A stretch of DNA of 64,000 nt. Source: Burkholderiales bacterium (GTDB lineage Bacteria; Pseudomonadota; Gammaproteobacteria; Burkholderiales; SG8-39). Shown here piece after piece: positions 1 to 11,268 of this stretch; the first letter of the stretch is position 1, and the number at the start of each line of letters is the position of its first letter. The DNA lies in NCBI GenBank assembly GCA_038206915.1, contig JBBRAI010000012.1, forward strand, positions 1,121 to 65,120, given 5' to 3'. The notes under the pieces were generated by a model. It was not told the origin of the DNA, ran no database searches, and was given only the letters and a program-made list of their open reading frames with translations. The translations under genes and the position numbers were made by a program.

Positions 1-1749
1 GCGAATGGAAAAGGGTATTCCCGCCGCGAATTCCTGCACCTCAGCTGGACAGTAGGCGCCGGGCTCGCAGTTCCGGCGGTCCTGTACGGCTGCGGCAGCA
101 GCGATACCAGCATGGCGCCGTTGCCGCAGGAAACATTTGTAGAACCGCTGGCCTATACATCGGTCAACGGCAAGCTCGATTTGACGCTTAAGGTCGGGTA
201 TCTGAAAACGACCCTGGACGGCAAGGCGGTGACTTTGCGCAGCATGTTCGGCAGCATTCCCGCGCCGACGCTGCGCGTGAATGCCGGCGATACGCTTCGC
301 ATCCTGGTGATCAATCAACTTCCGGCGAATCCGCCGACCACCGAGGCGGCCCGGCACCTGCGCTATCCCAACAGCACCAATCTGCATCTGCATGGAATGC
401 ACGTCAATCCCGGCCTGATATCGCCCGGCGTCTACGGCGATTACGTGGTGGACGATCCGCAGAGCGGCATTCTTCCTGGAGACAGCCGGCAGCACGAATA
501 CGCGATCCGCGCCGACCACCCGACGGGTGCGTACTGGTATCACCCGCATCTGCACGGATCGAGCGCAATGCAGGTGGGAAGCGGAATGGCCGGCGCGCTG
601 CTGGTCAAGGGAGCAATAGACAAGGTTCCCGAAATCGCCGCCGCGAAGGAGCGCGTGTTCATGTTCCAGGCGCCGATAGTGAACGCTTCGGGCACGCTCG
701 AGTCGTTTACCGATGTCGCTGCGGTGACCACCAGCGAACCGAATTTCCTGATCAACGGCGTAAGGCGTCCGCGCATTCTGATGCGCAGCGGCGAGGTGCA
801 GAACTGGCATTTCGTCAACGCCGCCATATTCAATTCCCTGAACCTGGGGCTCGACGGCCACGCGCTCAACTTGTACAGCTTCGACGGCAATACGCGAAGC
901 GCACTGACGGCGAAAGGGGCGTTCACCGCCGCCGGCGTGGCAACCGGTGACGGAATCCTGCTCGCGCCCGGCAATCGCGCCAGCATCCTGGTAAAGGCCG
1001 GCGCGCCAGGGACCTATCAGCTGCGTACAATGTTTCTTCAATTGGGCGCCGTCAATACGGCGTCGAATGCGATCCTGGCCGAGGATATCCTCGCCGAGGT
1101 GGTCGTCATCGACGATCCACTGCCGATGAATCTGCCGCCAGGCCCGCTGCCAGTGCCCGGGGTGCTGGCGCCGATCACCGATGAGGAGCTGGCAAGCGCG
1201 GGCGGGCTGAAGCGCACCCTCGTGTTCCGGGCCATCACGAATCCGTCGACTCCGGGCGGACCCAGTCCGGCGATCACACTTTCGCCGGCCAGCGCCGTCG
1301 TTCACCCCGGCAGCGAACTGAACGACTGGGTCTTCCAGACCGGCAACACTTCGCTTGCCAATAAGGTCTTCGCCGTCGGCGCGGCGAGCGGAGCTGCGTC
1401 GGCCAATCCAGCCATGCCCACCGAGTTCATTCCGTTCCAGTCGAGCCGCGCGTTGAAGCAGACCGTGGCGCTGGGCAGCGTCGAGGAATGGACCGTCTTC
1501 AACATGAACAACATCCCGCATCCGTTTCACATTCACGTCAACCCCTGCTGGGTGGTCAAAGTCAACGGGAATGCGATCGAGCCCTACTGGGCTGACACGA
1601 TCCCGTTGCCGAACCTCGGTTCGCCGGCCGCGCCGACATCGGTCACCTTTCGCTCGCGCTTTGTCGATTACAAAGGCGCATACGTCCTGCATTGCCACAT
1701 GCTGGTCCACGAAGACATGGGAATGATGCAGTTGGTCGAGGTAGTTTGA
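1..1749 (+). CDS. Multicopper oxidase (three-domain laccase/CueO/SufI-like), Tat-exported lipoprotein; 5' end lies just outside the window
   Basis: The frame is open from base 1 and reads ANGKGYSRREFLHLSWTVGAGLAVPAVLYGC (twin-Arg motif plus lipobox). Copper motifs HLHG, YWYHPH, HPFHIH and HCHMLVHEDMGMM are present. Confidence 0.9.
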   Translation, partial: ANGKGYSRREFLHLSWTVGAGLAVPAVLYGCGSSDTSMAPLPQETFVEPLAYTSVNGKLDLTLKVGYLKTTLDGKAVTLRSMFGSIPAPTLRVNAGDTLRILVINQLPANPPTTEAARHLRYPNSTNLHLHGMHVNPGLISPGVYGDYVVDDPQSGILPGDSRQHEYAIRADHPTGAYWYHPHLHGSSAMQVGSGMAGALLVKGAIDKVPEIAAAKERVFMFQAPIVNASGTLESFTDVAAVTTSEPNFLINGVRRPRILMRSGEVQNWHFVNAAIFNSLNLGLDGHALNLYSFDGNTRSALTAKGAFTAAGVATGDGILLAPGNRASILVKAGAPGTYQLRTMFLQLGAVNTASNAILAEDILAEVVVIDDPLPMNLPPGPLPVPGVLAPITDEELASAGGLKRTLVFRAITNPSTPGGPSPAITLSPASAVVHPGSELNDWVFQTGNTSLANKVFAVGAASGAASANPAMPTEFIPFQSSRALKQTVALGSVEEWTVFNMNNIPHPFHIHVNPCWVVKVNGNAIEPYWADTIPLPNLGSPAAPTSVTFRSRFVDYKGAYVLHCHMLVHEDMGMMQLVEVV

Positions 1750-2064
1750 GGGACCCAGAGACGGAACTCCCGCGGACGACGGCAGCAGTGTTGATCGTCT
1801 GGTCAGCGCGACGATGAGAACCGATAGCCCAATGCCCTCGGAAAGGCGCGCAGAGGCGCCTGAGGACGCTGTGTCCCTGCGCAGACTCTTCATGCTCACC
1901 GCGTTCAACGCGATTTACACGGTAGAATAGCCCCGCGAAAGCCGCACAACAGGGGAACAAGCCGTTCTGCTGGCGCGAACCTTGACGGTATTGGTGGCCA
2001 ATGACGCAAAATTGCATAGCAAGAGCGCGGGCCGGGCATCGCACATATCATTTAAGCTGACACC

Positions 2065-3825
2065 ATGACGAATCACCTGCGCCACCTGCTGCTCGCCCTC
2101 GTCGCACTGGTGCTGATCGCCGCGCTGGTGTTCCTTTACGAAAAGACCCAGGCAGTCGACCTGCGCGAGCGCAACGAAATCGCGGCGCTGCTCGACACGC
2201 TGCGCGAAATCGACAGCCGCTGGGACATCGACGTACTGCGCGAGCGCACCGAGCTCGACCCGAACCGGCCGGCGGCGCCCAATCGCACCGCGACGGCGAA
2301 GAAAGCGCTGGCCAATCTCAGCGCTGCCGCACCGCACGCCGGCAGCGCCGCGCTGTCCGAAGGCCTGGGCGAACTCGGCAAGGCGATCGTCGCGAAGGCG
2401 GACCTGGTGGAACAATACAAGGCTGAAAGCACGCGTGCCAAGATCGCGCTGCATACGGTAATCTCGGGTGCTGCGGCGCTGGGCGGTCAGGCAGGCGCCC
2501 CGCCCAGCGGCGACGTGCGGCAAAAATCGCTCGAGCAGGCGGTCGATCAGCTGGTCTCCGCGGTGGAGCAGTACTACCTGATGGGCAAGGCGGCGCCGCC
2601 GATGAGCCTGCAGATGAACGCCGGCGTGGTGCGGGAGCTGGCCGCCGGCGCCGGCGCGGCGGAACGCGCGCAGGCCGCCGCGATCGACGGCGCGGTGCAG
2701 GAACTGCTCAAACACAAGCCGCTGGAGGAGGACCTGTACGCCAAGGTCTCCGCACTGTCCTCGGGCCCGCGCCTGGACAAAATGAGTTTCTCCTTCAACC
2801 GCGAGCTCGAATCCACACTGCAGGAAAAGGAGTTGTTCCGCGTATACCTGCTCGCCTATGCCGCGGCGTTGCTGGTGGGCGTGGCTTATCTCGGCGTGCG
2901 CCTCAAGGCGGCGAACGAGCGGCTCGAGTTGCGCGTGATCGAGCGCACGCGTGAGTTGTCCGAGGCGCTGCGCCACCTGAAGGAATCGGAGTCGCAGCTG
3001 ATCCAGTCGGAAAAGATGTCCTCCCTCGGCCAGATGGTCGCCGGCGTCGCGCACGAGATCAACACGCCACTCGCCTACGTGAAGAACAGCCTGGGCACGG
3101 TCAGCGAGCGCCTGGCGCAGATCAGCGACGCGATCGAGCACTGCGAGAAGCTGATGGCGCTGCTGGCCGCGGGCAAGGCCGATCCGGCCGGCCTGAACCG
3201 CCAGTATGCGCAGACCGCCGAGCTGCTCGGAAAGCTCAAGCAGCAACGCGTGCTGGCCGAACTCGGCGACCTGGTCAAGGACGGCCTCTACGGCACCGGC
3301 GAGATGGCGGAGATCGTGGGCAACCTGAAGGACTTCAGCCGGCTGGACCGCAGCAAGGTGACGAGCTTCAATCTCAACGACGGCCTCAACAGCTCGCTCG
3401 GGCTCGCGCGGCACATGCTCAAGTCGATCAAGGTGACGCGGCAGTTCGGCGAGATTCCGGCCATCACCTGCGCACCCTCGCAGATCAACCAGGTGTTCCT
3501 GAACCTGATCACCAATGCGGCGCAGGCATTGCCCGACGCCGGTGGGGAAATCATTCTGAGCACGCGCGCCGAGGCCGAAGGCGTGGTGGTCGAGGTCGCC
3601 GACAACGGCAAGGGCATACCGGCGGAAGTGCTACCGAAGATCTTCGATCCCTTCTTCACCACCAAGGAAGCCGGCAAGGGCACCGGGCTCGGACTGTCGA
3701 TCTCGTTCAAGATCGTCGAGCAGCACGGCGGGCGCATCAAGGCCGTTTCGGAAGCGGGCAAGGGCACCAGGTTCACCCTGTGGCTGCCGCTGAAGCCGCC
3801 GGCCGAGGCCGAGCTTGCCGCGTAG
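2065..3825 (+). CDS. Membrane sensor histidine kinase (two TM helices flanking a helical, DAHL-like periplasmic domain; NtrB-like core)
   Basis: TM helices at the N-terminus and around residues 260-280; H-box VAHEINTPL, N-box QVFLNLITNA, G-boxes DNGKG, FDPFFTTK and GTGLGL. Confidence 0.92.
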   Translation: MTNHLRHLLLALVALVLIAALVFLYEKTQAVDLRERNEIAALLDTLREIDSRWDIDVLRERTELDPNRPAAPNRTATAKKALANLSAAAPHAGSAALSEGLGELGKAIVAKADLVEQYKAESTRAKIALHTVISGAAALGGQAGAPPSGDVRQKSLEQAVDQLVSAVEQYYLMGKAAPPMSLQMNAGVVRELAAGAGAAERAQAAAIDGAVQELLKHKPLEEDLYAKVSALSSGPRLDKMSFSFNRELESTLQEKELFRVYLLAYAAALLVGVAYLGVRLKAANERLELRVIERTRELSEALRHLKESESQLIQSEKMSSLGQMVAGVAHEINTPLAYVKNSLGTVSERLAQISDAIEHCEKLMALLAAGKADPAGLNRQYAQTAELLGKLKQQRVLAELGDLVKDGLYGTGEMAEIVGNLKDFSRLDRSKVTSFNLNDGLNSSLGLARHMLKSIKVTRQFGEIPAITCAPSQINQVFLNLITNAAQALPDAGGEIILSTRAEAEGVVVEVADNGKGIPAEVLPKIFDPFFTTKEAGKGTGLGLSISFKIVEQHGGRIKAVSEAGKGTRFTLWLPLKPPAEAELAA

Positions 3826-3837
3826 GGAGCGCCGCGC

Positions 3838-5736
<1,899 letters not shown>

Positions 5737-5908
5737 AAACAGGTTCAGCCGCAGCGCATTTGCCGTCGGATCAGCAGGGTAAATGCAATGACGGCCATGT
5801 GCCCGGCCCGGCTATCCAAGTCCGGCCGCCTGCGGCCATGACGACGGATTACGCGGGACAGCTTTTCAGTTATCCTTGCGCTTCTGATTTCACAAGATCC
5901 AAGATCAA

Positions 5909-6220
5909 ATGTTGCAAACGTTCGTAGCAGCCCATCTCAGCATGCTGTGGAGCCTCGGCGGCCTGTTTGCCATATTCGGCGCATTAGTCTGTCTGGCTGG
6001 CGCGCTCATATCGCGTTTCGATACCATATCTTTGGAAGACGGAATTTACTTCGCCTTCGTTACCGCCCTTACCATAGGATTCGGCGACATTACACCTACG
6101 ACGCGGGCGTCACGGGTTCTGACGGTTCTCCTCGCGCTCCTGGGCGTCTTTTTCACCGGCATTGCGGTAGCGATTGCGGTGCACGCCCTCAGCATCGCGT
6201 TAAAAGCAGGCGCGATATAG
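5909..6220 (+). CDS. Small two-TM potassium channel family protein (pore only)
   Basis: Two hydrophobic helices around a pore helix and the filter YFAFVTALTIGFGD. Confidence 0.8.
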   Translation: MLQTFVAAHLSMLWSLGGLFAIFGALVCLAGALISRFDTISLEDGIYFAFVTALTIGFGDITPTTRASRVLTVLLALLGVFFTGIAVAIAVHALSIALKAGAI

Positions 6221-6231
6221 CGGGAACGCGC

Positions 6232-6957
6232 TCAGGAATCTTCCGTCTGTTTGCTATGCGTTCTCGCAGGCTTGCTCGGCAGCTTTGCCGGCTTGTTCGG
6301 GCCCCAGACGCGGCTGAAGTAAGTATCGGCGAGATGCAGCGCGCCCACCGGATTGTGCGCGAGCACCCTGTCCTTGGTCACCAGCGTCGTGACCAGCGCC
6401 TTCGACTGGCGGATGAACAGGCTGTCGTGCCCGACGCAAAGGCCGATGATGACGTTGAATTCGCAGCCGGCGCGGTTGAGCAATTCGGCCTGCGACACCG
6501 GGTTGCACATCGCCTCGAAATTGCCTGGACGGATCTTCTCCTCGTCCTTCACGCCTATGTCCTCTTTTGGCACGCCGCCGTTCTTGCACGCGATCGAGGT
6601 CACCTGCAGACCGTGGCTCTCCAGGATTGCGCTGAACACGCGCGCAAGGTCGACGAAGCTGATGCACATTGCAATACCGACTTTGGTGAAGCCCATTTTC
6701 TTCGCGAACTGGCAAATCTCCTCCACGCGAGTCCATTTGCAATAGCCCTCGCTCTCGACCACGGCGGCGGTGTGTGCCACGCGCAGGGTGAACGGATCGA
6801 GGTAAGGCTCCCAGGCCGCGGCGATCCCCTCGGGGTCCACCTTGGATGGGCAGTACGCGGGGCCGCGCTCCTCGCCTTCCCCCTGGCGACAGGCGCGCAC
6901 CGTGCTCGGGCAGTAGGCGCAGCCCGGGGTTTCGTAGCCGTGGATATCGTCGTTCAT
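6232..6957 (-). CDS. Cys-rich putative metal-binding protein (DUF1847-like)
   Basis: ATG at 6957; motifs CAYC, YCP, TRVEEI, ACKNG, MCNPVSQA, GLCVGHD, KDRVLAHNP. Confidence 0.75.
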   Translation of the reverse strand: MNDDIHGYETPGCAYCPSTVRACRQGEGEERGPAYCPSKVDPEGIAAAWEPYLDPFTLRVAHTAAVVESEGYCKWTRVEEICQFAKKMGFTKVGIAMCISFVDLARVFSAILESHGLQVTSIACKNGGVPKEDIGVKDEEKIRPGNFEAMCNPVSQAELLNRAGCEFNVIIGLCVGHDSLFIRQSKALVTTLVTKDRVLAHNPVGALHLADTYFSRVWGPNKPAKLPSKPARTHSKQTEDS

Positions 6958-7187
6958 ATTAATTTCTCTGTGCGAATACTGGTTAGCAGGATAGCCCGCT
7001 GCATCCACGGACTTATTGCGATAGCGCAACATCGCGCGTAATTTTCGCCGCTGCGTGCGGCAATCCTGCGCGGGCCAACCCGCCCGATGCAACCGCGCGG
7101 TGGCAAATTTGGCGTGAACCGCGGACGCGCATGGGTATAAAATCCGCCTGTGCGCCCAAGCCTGCGATCGCGATTGCAACGAGTCCG

Positions 7188-8144
7188 ATGGTCAATCCGC
7201 CAAAGTCGATAGACGACACCGCGGCGCTGCTCGCGCGCGCCGACTACGTCGCCGAGCGCAGCCTCGCCACGGCGCTGTTCCTCGCGCTGAAAATGGAGCG
7301 CCCGCTGTTTCTGGAGGGCGAGGCCGGCACCGGCAAAACCGAGATCGCGAAGGTGCTCGCCAGCACGCTGCAGCGCCGTCTGGTGCGGCTGCAGTGCTAC
7401 GAAGGGCTGGACATTTCCTCGGCGGTCTATGAATGGAACTACCCGCGGCAGATGATAGAGATCCGCCTCGCCGAAGCCGGCGGCAAAGCTGGCGCGGACT
7501 CCGGACGCGCTAACGAGGCCTCTGGCCAGGCCGCGCGCAGGAAGCTCAGTCAGGATATTTTTTCCGAGCAGTTCCTGATCAAGCGGCCGCTGCTGCAGGC
7601 CCTCGAAGCCGGCGCCGACGGCGCGCCCCCGGTGCTGCTGATCGACGAACTCGACCGTACCGACGAGCCGTTCGAGGCCTATCTGCTGGAGGTACTGTCG
7701 GACTACCAGGTGAGCATTCCCGAACTGGGCACGATCAAGGCGGACAAGCCGCCGATCGTGATCATCACTTCCAACCGCACGCGCGAAATCCACGACGCAG
7801 TCAAACGGCGCTGCCTGTATCACTGGGTGGACTATCCGGACGCGGCGCGCGAGCTCGACATCCTGCGCCGCAAGGCCCCGGGCGCTGCGGAGCGCCTGTC
7901 GCGCGAAGTAGTCGCGTTCGTGCAGCGGCTGCGCAAGATGGATTTGTTCAAGCTCCCCGGTGTCGCCGAAACCATAGACTGGACCAATGCGCTGGTGGCG
8001 CTGGACCAGCTCGCGCTCGACCCGGACACGGTCAACAACACCTTGGGCGCCCTGCTCAAATACCAGGACGATATCGGGCGCGTGCGCGGCAGCGAAGCCG
8101 AACGGTTGTTGTCCGAAGTCAAGGCGGAGATCGCAAGCGCCTGA
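7188..8144 (+). CDS. coxD: MoxR-family AAA+ ATPase, CoxD-like
   Basis: Walker A GEAGTGKT, RLQCYEGLD, Walker B LLIDE, TSNRTRE, KRRC. Confidence 0.85.
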   Translation: MVNPPKSIDDTAALLARADYVAERSLATALFLALKMERPLFLEGEAGTGKTEIAKVLASTLQRRLVRLQCYEGLDISSAVYEWNYPRQMIEIRLAEAGGKAGADSGRANEASGQAARRKLSQDIFSEQFLIKRPLLQALEAGADGAPPVLLIDELDRTDEPFEAYLLEVLSDYQVSIPELGTIKADKPPIVIITSNRTREIHDAVKRRCLYHWVDYPDAARELDILRRKAPGAAERLSREVVAFVQRLRKMDLFKLPGVAETIDWTNALVALDQLALDPDTVNNTLGALLKYQDDIGRVRGSEAERLLSEVKAEIASA

Positions 8145-8163
8145 GGCGGTGCTTCCCCTGTCG

Positions 8164-9480
8164 ATGGAAACCCCGGCATTCATCAAGCGCCTGTTTGCCA
8201 AACTCCCGACGACGGGCAGCAAGGCCGACCGGCATACGCGCAAGACCGTGGCGCTGTGCCACGCGCTGCTGTCCGAGCGCGGCGAAGCCTCGGGCGCGGC
8301 GCTCGCGCGCGAGGCGCTGGCTGCGTACCGCGAACTCTCCGGAGCGTCGCTGGGCGCGTTTTTCGACGTGCTCGCGCAGGAATTCTCGCCCGACCCGGAA
8401 GCAGTCGACGCAGCCGCATACGCCTACCGGCAGGAGGCCTCGCAGACCAACCTGATCCAATTGCAGCAGGTGGTGGAACCACCGCGCCAGGAACTTTTCC
8501 GGCGCCTCAACCTGGCCGCCGGCGGCACCGCCGCGCTGGTCGAAATGCGCCGGCGCCTGCTGCGCGAGCTGCGCGCACAGCCTCACTGGGCGGGCATTGA
8601 CGCCGACCTCGCCCATCTGCTCAATTCCTGGTTCAACCGCGGCTTCCTGTCACTGCAGCGCATCGACTGGCGCACGCCGGCGCTGGTGCTGGAAAAGCTC
8701 ATGGAGTACGAGGCGGTGCACGAAATCCATGGCTGGGAGGACCTGCGCCGTCGCCTCGAGGCCGACCGCCGCTGTTTCGCTTTCTTCCATCCGGCGTTGC
8801 CCGACGAGCCGATCATTTTCATCGAGGTCGCGCTGACCAAGGGCATGAGCAGCCAGGTGCAGCCGCTGCTCGACCCGGAATCGCCGGTGTTCAACGCCTC
8901 CGGCGCGGACACCGCCATCTTCTACTCGATCACCAATTGCCAGGATGGGCTGCGCGGCATCTCCTTCGGCAATTTTCTGATCAAGCAGGTGGCGGAAAAC
9001 CTGGGCCGCGAGTTTCCGCGCCTCAAGACGTTCGCGACGCTGTCGCCGATACCGGGCTTCCGCAAGTGGCTCGCCGAGGCCGCCGCCACGCACGCCGAAC
9101 TCGCGGAATTCACCGAAGCGCTCGCGCCGGCCGACTGGTTCGAGCGCGCCGGGACCGGCACGCGCCTGCGCACCGAACTGATGCGCCTGTGCGCCTTCTA
9201 CCTGCTGCACGCGCGACACCGCGACGAACCAGCGGATGCAGTGGCGCGCTTCCATCTGGGCAACGGCGCGCGCATGGAGCGCCTCAACTGGCTCGCTGAC
9301 TCGTCAAAGTCGGGCATGGCGCGCTCGGCAGGCCTGATGGTCAATTACGTCTACCGGCTGAAGGACGTGGAGCGCAATCACGAGGCCTATGCCAAGGAGC
9401 ATCTGGTCGTCGCCTCGCCCGGACTGTCGCTGCTGGCACGCGAAAGCCGGCTGACGCCTCCGAAGGTCCGGCGCAAGTGA
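8164..9480 (+). CDS. Malonyl-CoA decarboxylase
   Basis: WFNRGFL, YEAVHEI, FYSITNCQ.GL.GISFGNFLIKQV, TLSPIPGF, VARFHLGNGA, GLMVNY. Confidence 0.9.
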   Translation: METPAFIKRLFAKLPTTGSKADRHTRKTVALCHALLSERGEASGAALAREALAAYRELSGASLGAFFDVLAQEFSPDPEAVDAAAYAYRQEASQTNLIQLQQVVEPPRQELFRRLNLAAGGTAALVEMRRRLLRELRAQPHWAGIDADLAHLLNSWFNRGFLSLQRIDWRTPALVLEKLMEYEAVHEIHGWEDLRRRLEADRRCFAFFHPALPDEPIIFIEVALTKGMSSQVQPLLDPESPVFNASGADTAIFYSITNCQDGLRGISFGNFLIKQVAENLGREFPRLKTFATLSPIPGFRKWLAEAAATHAELAEFTEALAPADWFERAGTGTRLRTELMRLCAFYLLHARHRDEPADAVARFHLGNGARMERLNWLADSSKSGMARSAGLMVNYVYRLKDVERNHEAYAKEHLVVASPGLSLLARESRLTPPKVRRK

Positions 9481-9515
9481 GCCGCGCCTCCGCTTTCGCG
9501 CGAAGCTGACCGCGC

Positions 9516-10700
9516 ATGAGCGCCGGCAAGCTGGCTGAAAACATCATGCACTTCGCGCGCGTGCTGCGCGCGGCCGGGCTGTCGATAGGCCCGGACCGGG
9601 TGGTCGACGCGCTGCGCGCGCTGCAGGTCGCCGGCATCGAGCGGCGCGAGGATTTCTACTGGACGCTGGCCGCGGTGTTCCTGTCCAAGCGCGAGCAGCA
9701 GGAACTGTTCGATCAGGCGTTTCATATCTTCTGGCGCGATCCGCAGATGCTGGAGCGCATTCTGCGCATGCTGCTACCGCAGATGTACTGCGCCACCGGC
9801 GCCGAACAGCCTGAGGCGAGCAGGCGCCTGTCGGACGCGCTGAATCCTGGGCAGGAACAGCGCGACGGGGATGTGCGACAGGTCGAAATCGACGCGAGCC
9901 TGAATTCCTCCCAGAGCGAACTGCTGCAGTACGCCGACTTCGAGAGCATGAGCGGCGCCGAACTGGCACAGGCGAAGAAGCTGATCGCGCGCCTGCGCCT
10001 GCCGATTCCCGAGGCGCGAACGCGCCGCTTTCACCCAGATGCCCGTGGCAGCGCCATCGACCTGCCGGCGACGCTGCGCGCAAGCCTGCGCGGCGGCGCG
10101 CAGGTCATTGCACTCAAGCGCCGCTCGCGCGTCAAGCGGCATCCGCCGCTGGTGGTGCTGTGCGACATCTCCGGCTCGATGAGCCGCTATTCGCGCATGT
10201 TCTTGCACTTCCTGCACGCCATCACCAACGACCGCGACCGCGTGCACACCCTGGTGTTCGGCACGCGGCTCACCAATGTCACGCGTCACCTGCGCAATCG
10301 CGACGTCGACATCGCGATGAACCGCGTTACCGCCGCGATCCAGGACTGGGCCGGCGGCACGCGCATCGGCGCCTGCCTGGCGCAGTTCAACCGCAACTGG
10401 TCGCGCCGCCTGCTCGGCCAGAACGCGGTCGTGCTGCTGATCTCCGACGGTCTCGATCGCGACATCGGCGCCGGCCTGGGCAAGGAGATGGAGCGCCTGC
10501 ACAAATCCTGCCGCAAGCTGATCTGGCTCAATCCGCTGCTGCGCTACGAGGGCTTCCAGCCGCGCCCGTCCGGCGTGCGCGCAATGCTGCCGCACGTGGA
10601 CGCGTTCCTGCCGGTGCACAATATTGAGAGCCTGGTCGGCCTCGCGCGCGAGTTGGAGCACGGCAAGTGGCAGCGCCAGCCGACCAGAGTCGCAGCTTGA
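9516..10700 (+). CDS. coxE: VWA-domain protein, CoxE-like
   Basis: MIDAS motif CDISGSM, FGTRLT, WAGGTRIG, ISDG, WLNPL. Confidence 0.85.
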   Translation: MSAGKLAENIMHFARVLRAAGLSIGPDRVVDALRALQVAGIERREDFYWTLAAVFLSKREQQELFDQAFHIFWRDPQMLERILRMLLPQMYCATGAEQPEASRRLSDALNPGQEQRDGDVRQVEIDASLNSSQSELLQYADFESMSGAELAQAKKLIARLRLPIPEARTRRFHPDARGSAIDLPATLRASLRGGAQVIALKRRSRVKRHPPLVVLCDISGSMSRYSRMFLHFLHAITNDRDRVHTLVFGTRLTNVTRHLRNRDVDIAMNRVTAAIQDWAGGTRIGACLAQFNRNWSRRLLGQNAVVLLISDGLDRDIGAGLGKEMERLHKSCRKLIWLNPLLRYEGFQPRPSGVRAMLPHVDAFLPVHNIESLVGLARELEHGKWQRQPTRVAA

Positions 10701-10719
10701 GACAAGAGGACACCGCACG

Positions 10720-11262
10720 ATGGAAATGACCGGCGAGCAGTTCATCCCCGCGGCGCAGGCCGAAGTATGGCGCGGCCTGAACGATCCGGAGACGCTCAAG
10801 GAATGCATTGCCGGCTGCGAATCGATAGAGCGCGTAAGCGATGTCGAGTACACCGTGGTGACCACCGCAGCCATCGGCCCGGTCAAGGCAAAATTTCGCG
10901 GCAAGCTGAAGCTGGCCGACCTCGATCCGCCGAATTCCTATGCGCTTTCCTTCGACGGCCAGGGCGGCGCGGCGGGCTTCGGCAAGGGTACGGCGCAGGT
11001 GTCGCTGTCGGCCGAAGGCACCGGCACGCGCCTGCGCTATGCGGTGAAGGCGCAGGTCGGCGGCAAGCTGGCGCAGATCGGCTCGCGCCTGATCGACGGC
11101 GTGGCGAAAAAGCTCGCGGACGATTTCTTCGCCGCCTTCAAGCAGAAAATCGGCACGCCGGCTGCGGCAGCGCCGGACGAGGCGTCCGCACCTGCAGCAG
11201 CGCCGTTATGGTGGGCGTTTGCCATCATCGCAGCCATGTTCCTGCTCGCGCGTCTGGGCTGA
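10720..11262 (+). CDS. coxG: CoxG / SRPBCC-family protein with a C-terminal membrane anchor
   Basis: VWRGLNDPE.LKECI.GC, IGPVKAKF, VGGKLAQIGSRLID; hydrophobic C-terminus. Confidence 0.85.
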   Translation: MEMTGEQFIPAAQAEVWRGLNDPETLKECIAGCESIERVSDVEYTVVTTAAIGPVKAKFRGKLKLADLDPPNSYALSFDGQGGAAGFGKGTAQVSLSAEGTGTRLRYAVKAQVGGKLAQIGSRLIDGVAKKLADDFFAAFKQKIGTPAAAAPDEASAPAAAPLWWAFAIIAAMFLLARLG

Positions 11263-11268
11263 GCGGCT

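Noticed and set aside
1971..1986. Sigma-54 promoter-like TGGCGCGAACCTTGA upstream of the HK
   Set aside because: The -12 element reads TTGA rather than TTGC; too weak to call.
7188..11262. Aerobic CO dehydrogenase locus
   Set aside because: Only accessory coxD/E/G-like genes are present; without coxL/M/S, CO oxidation cannot be inferred.
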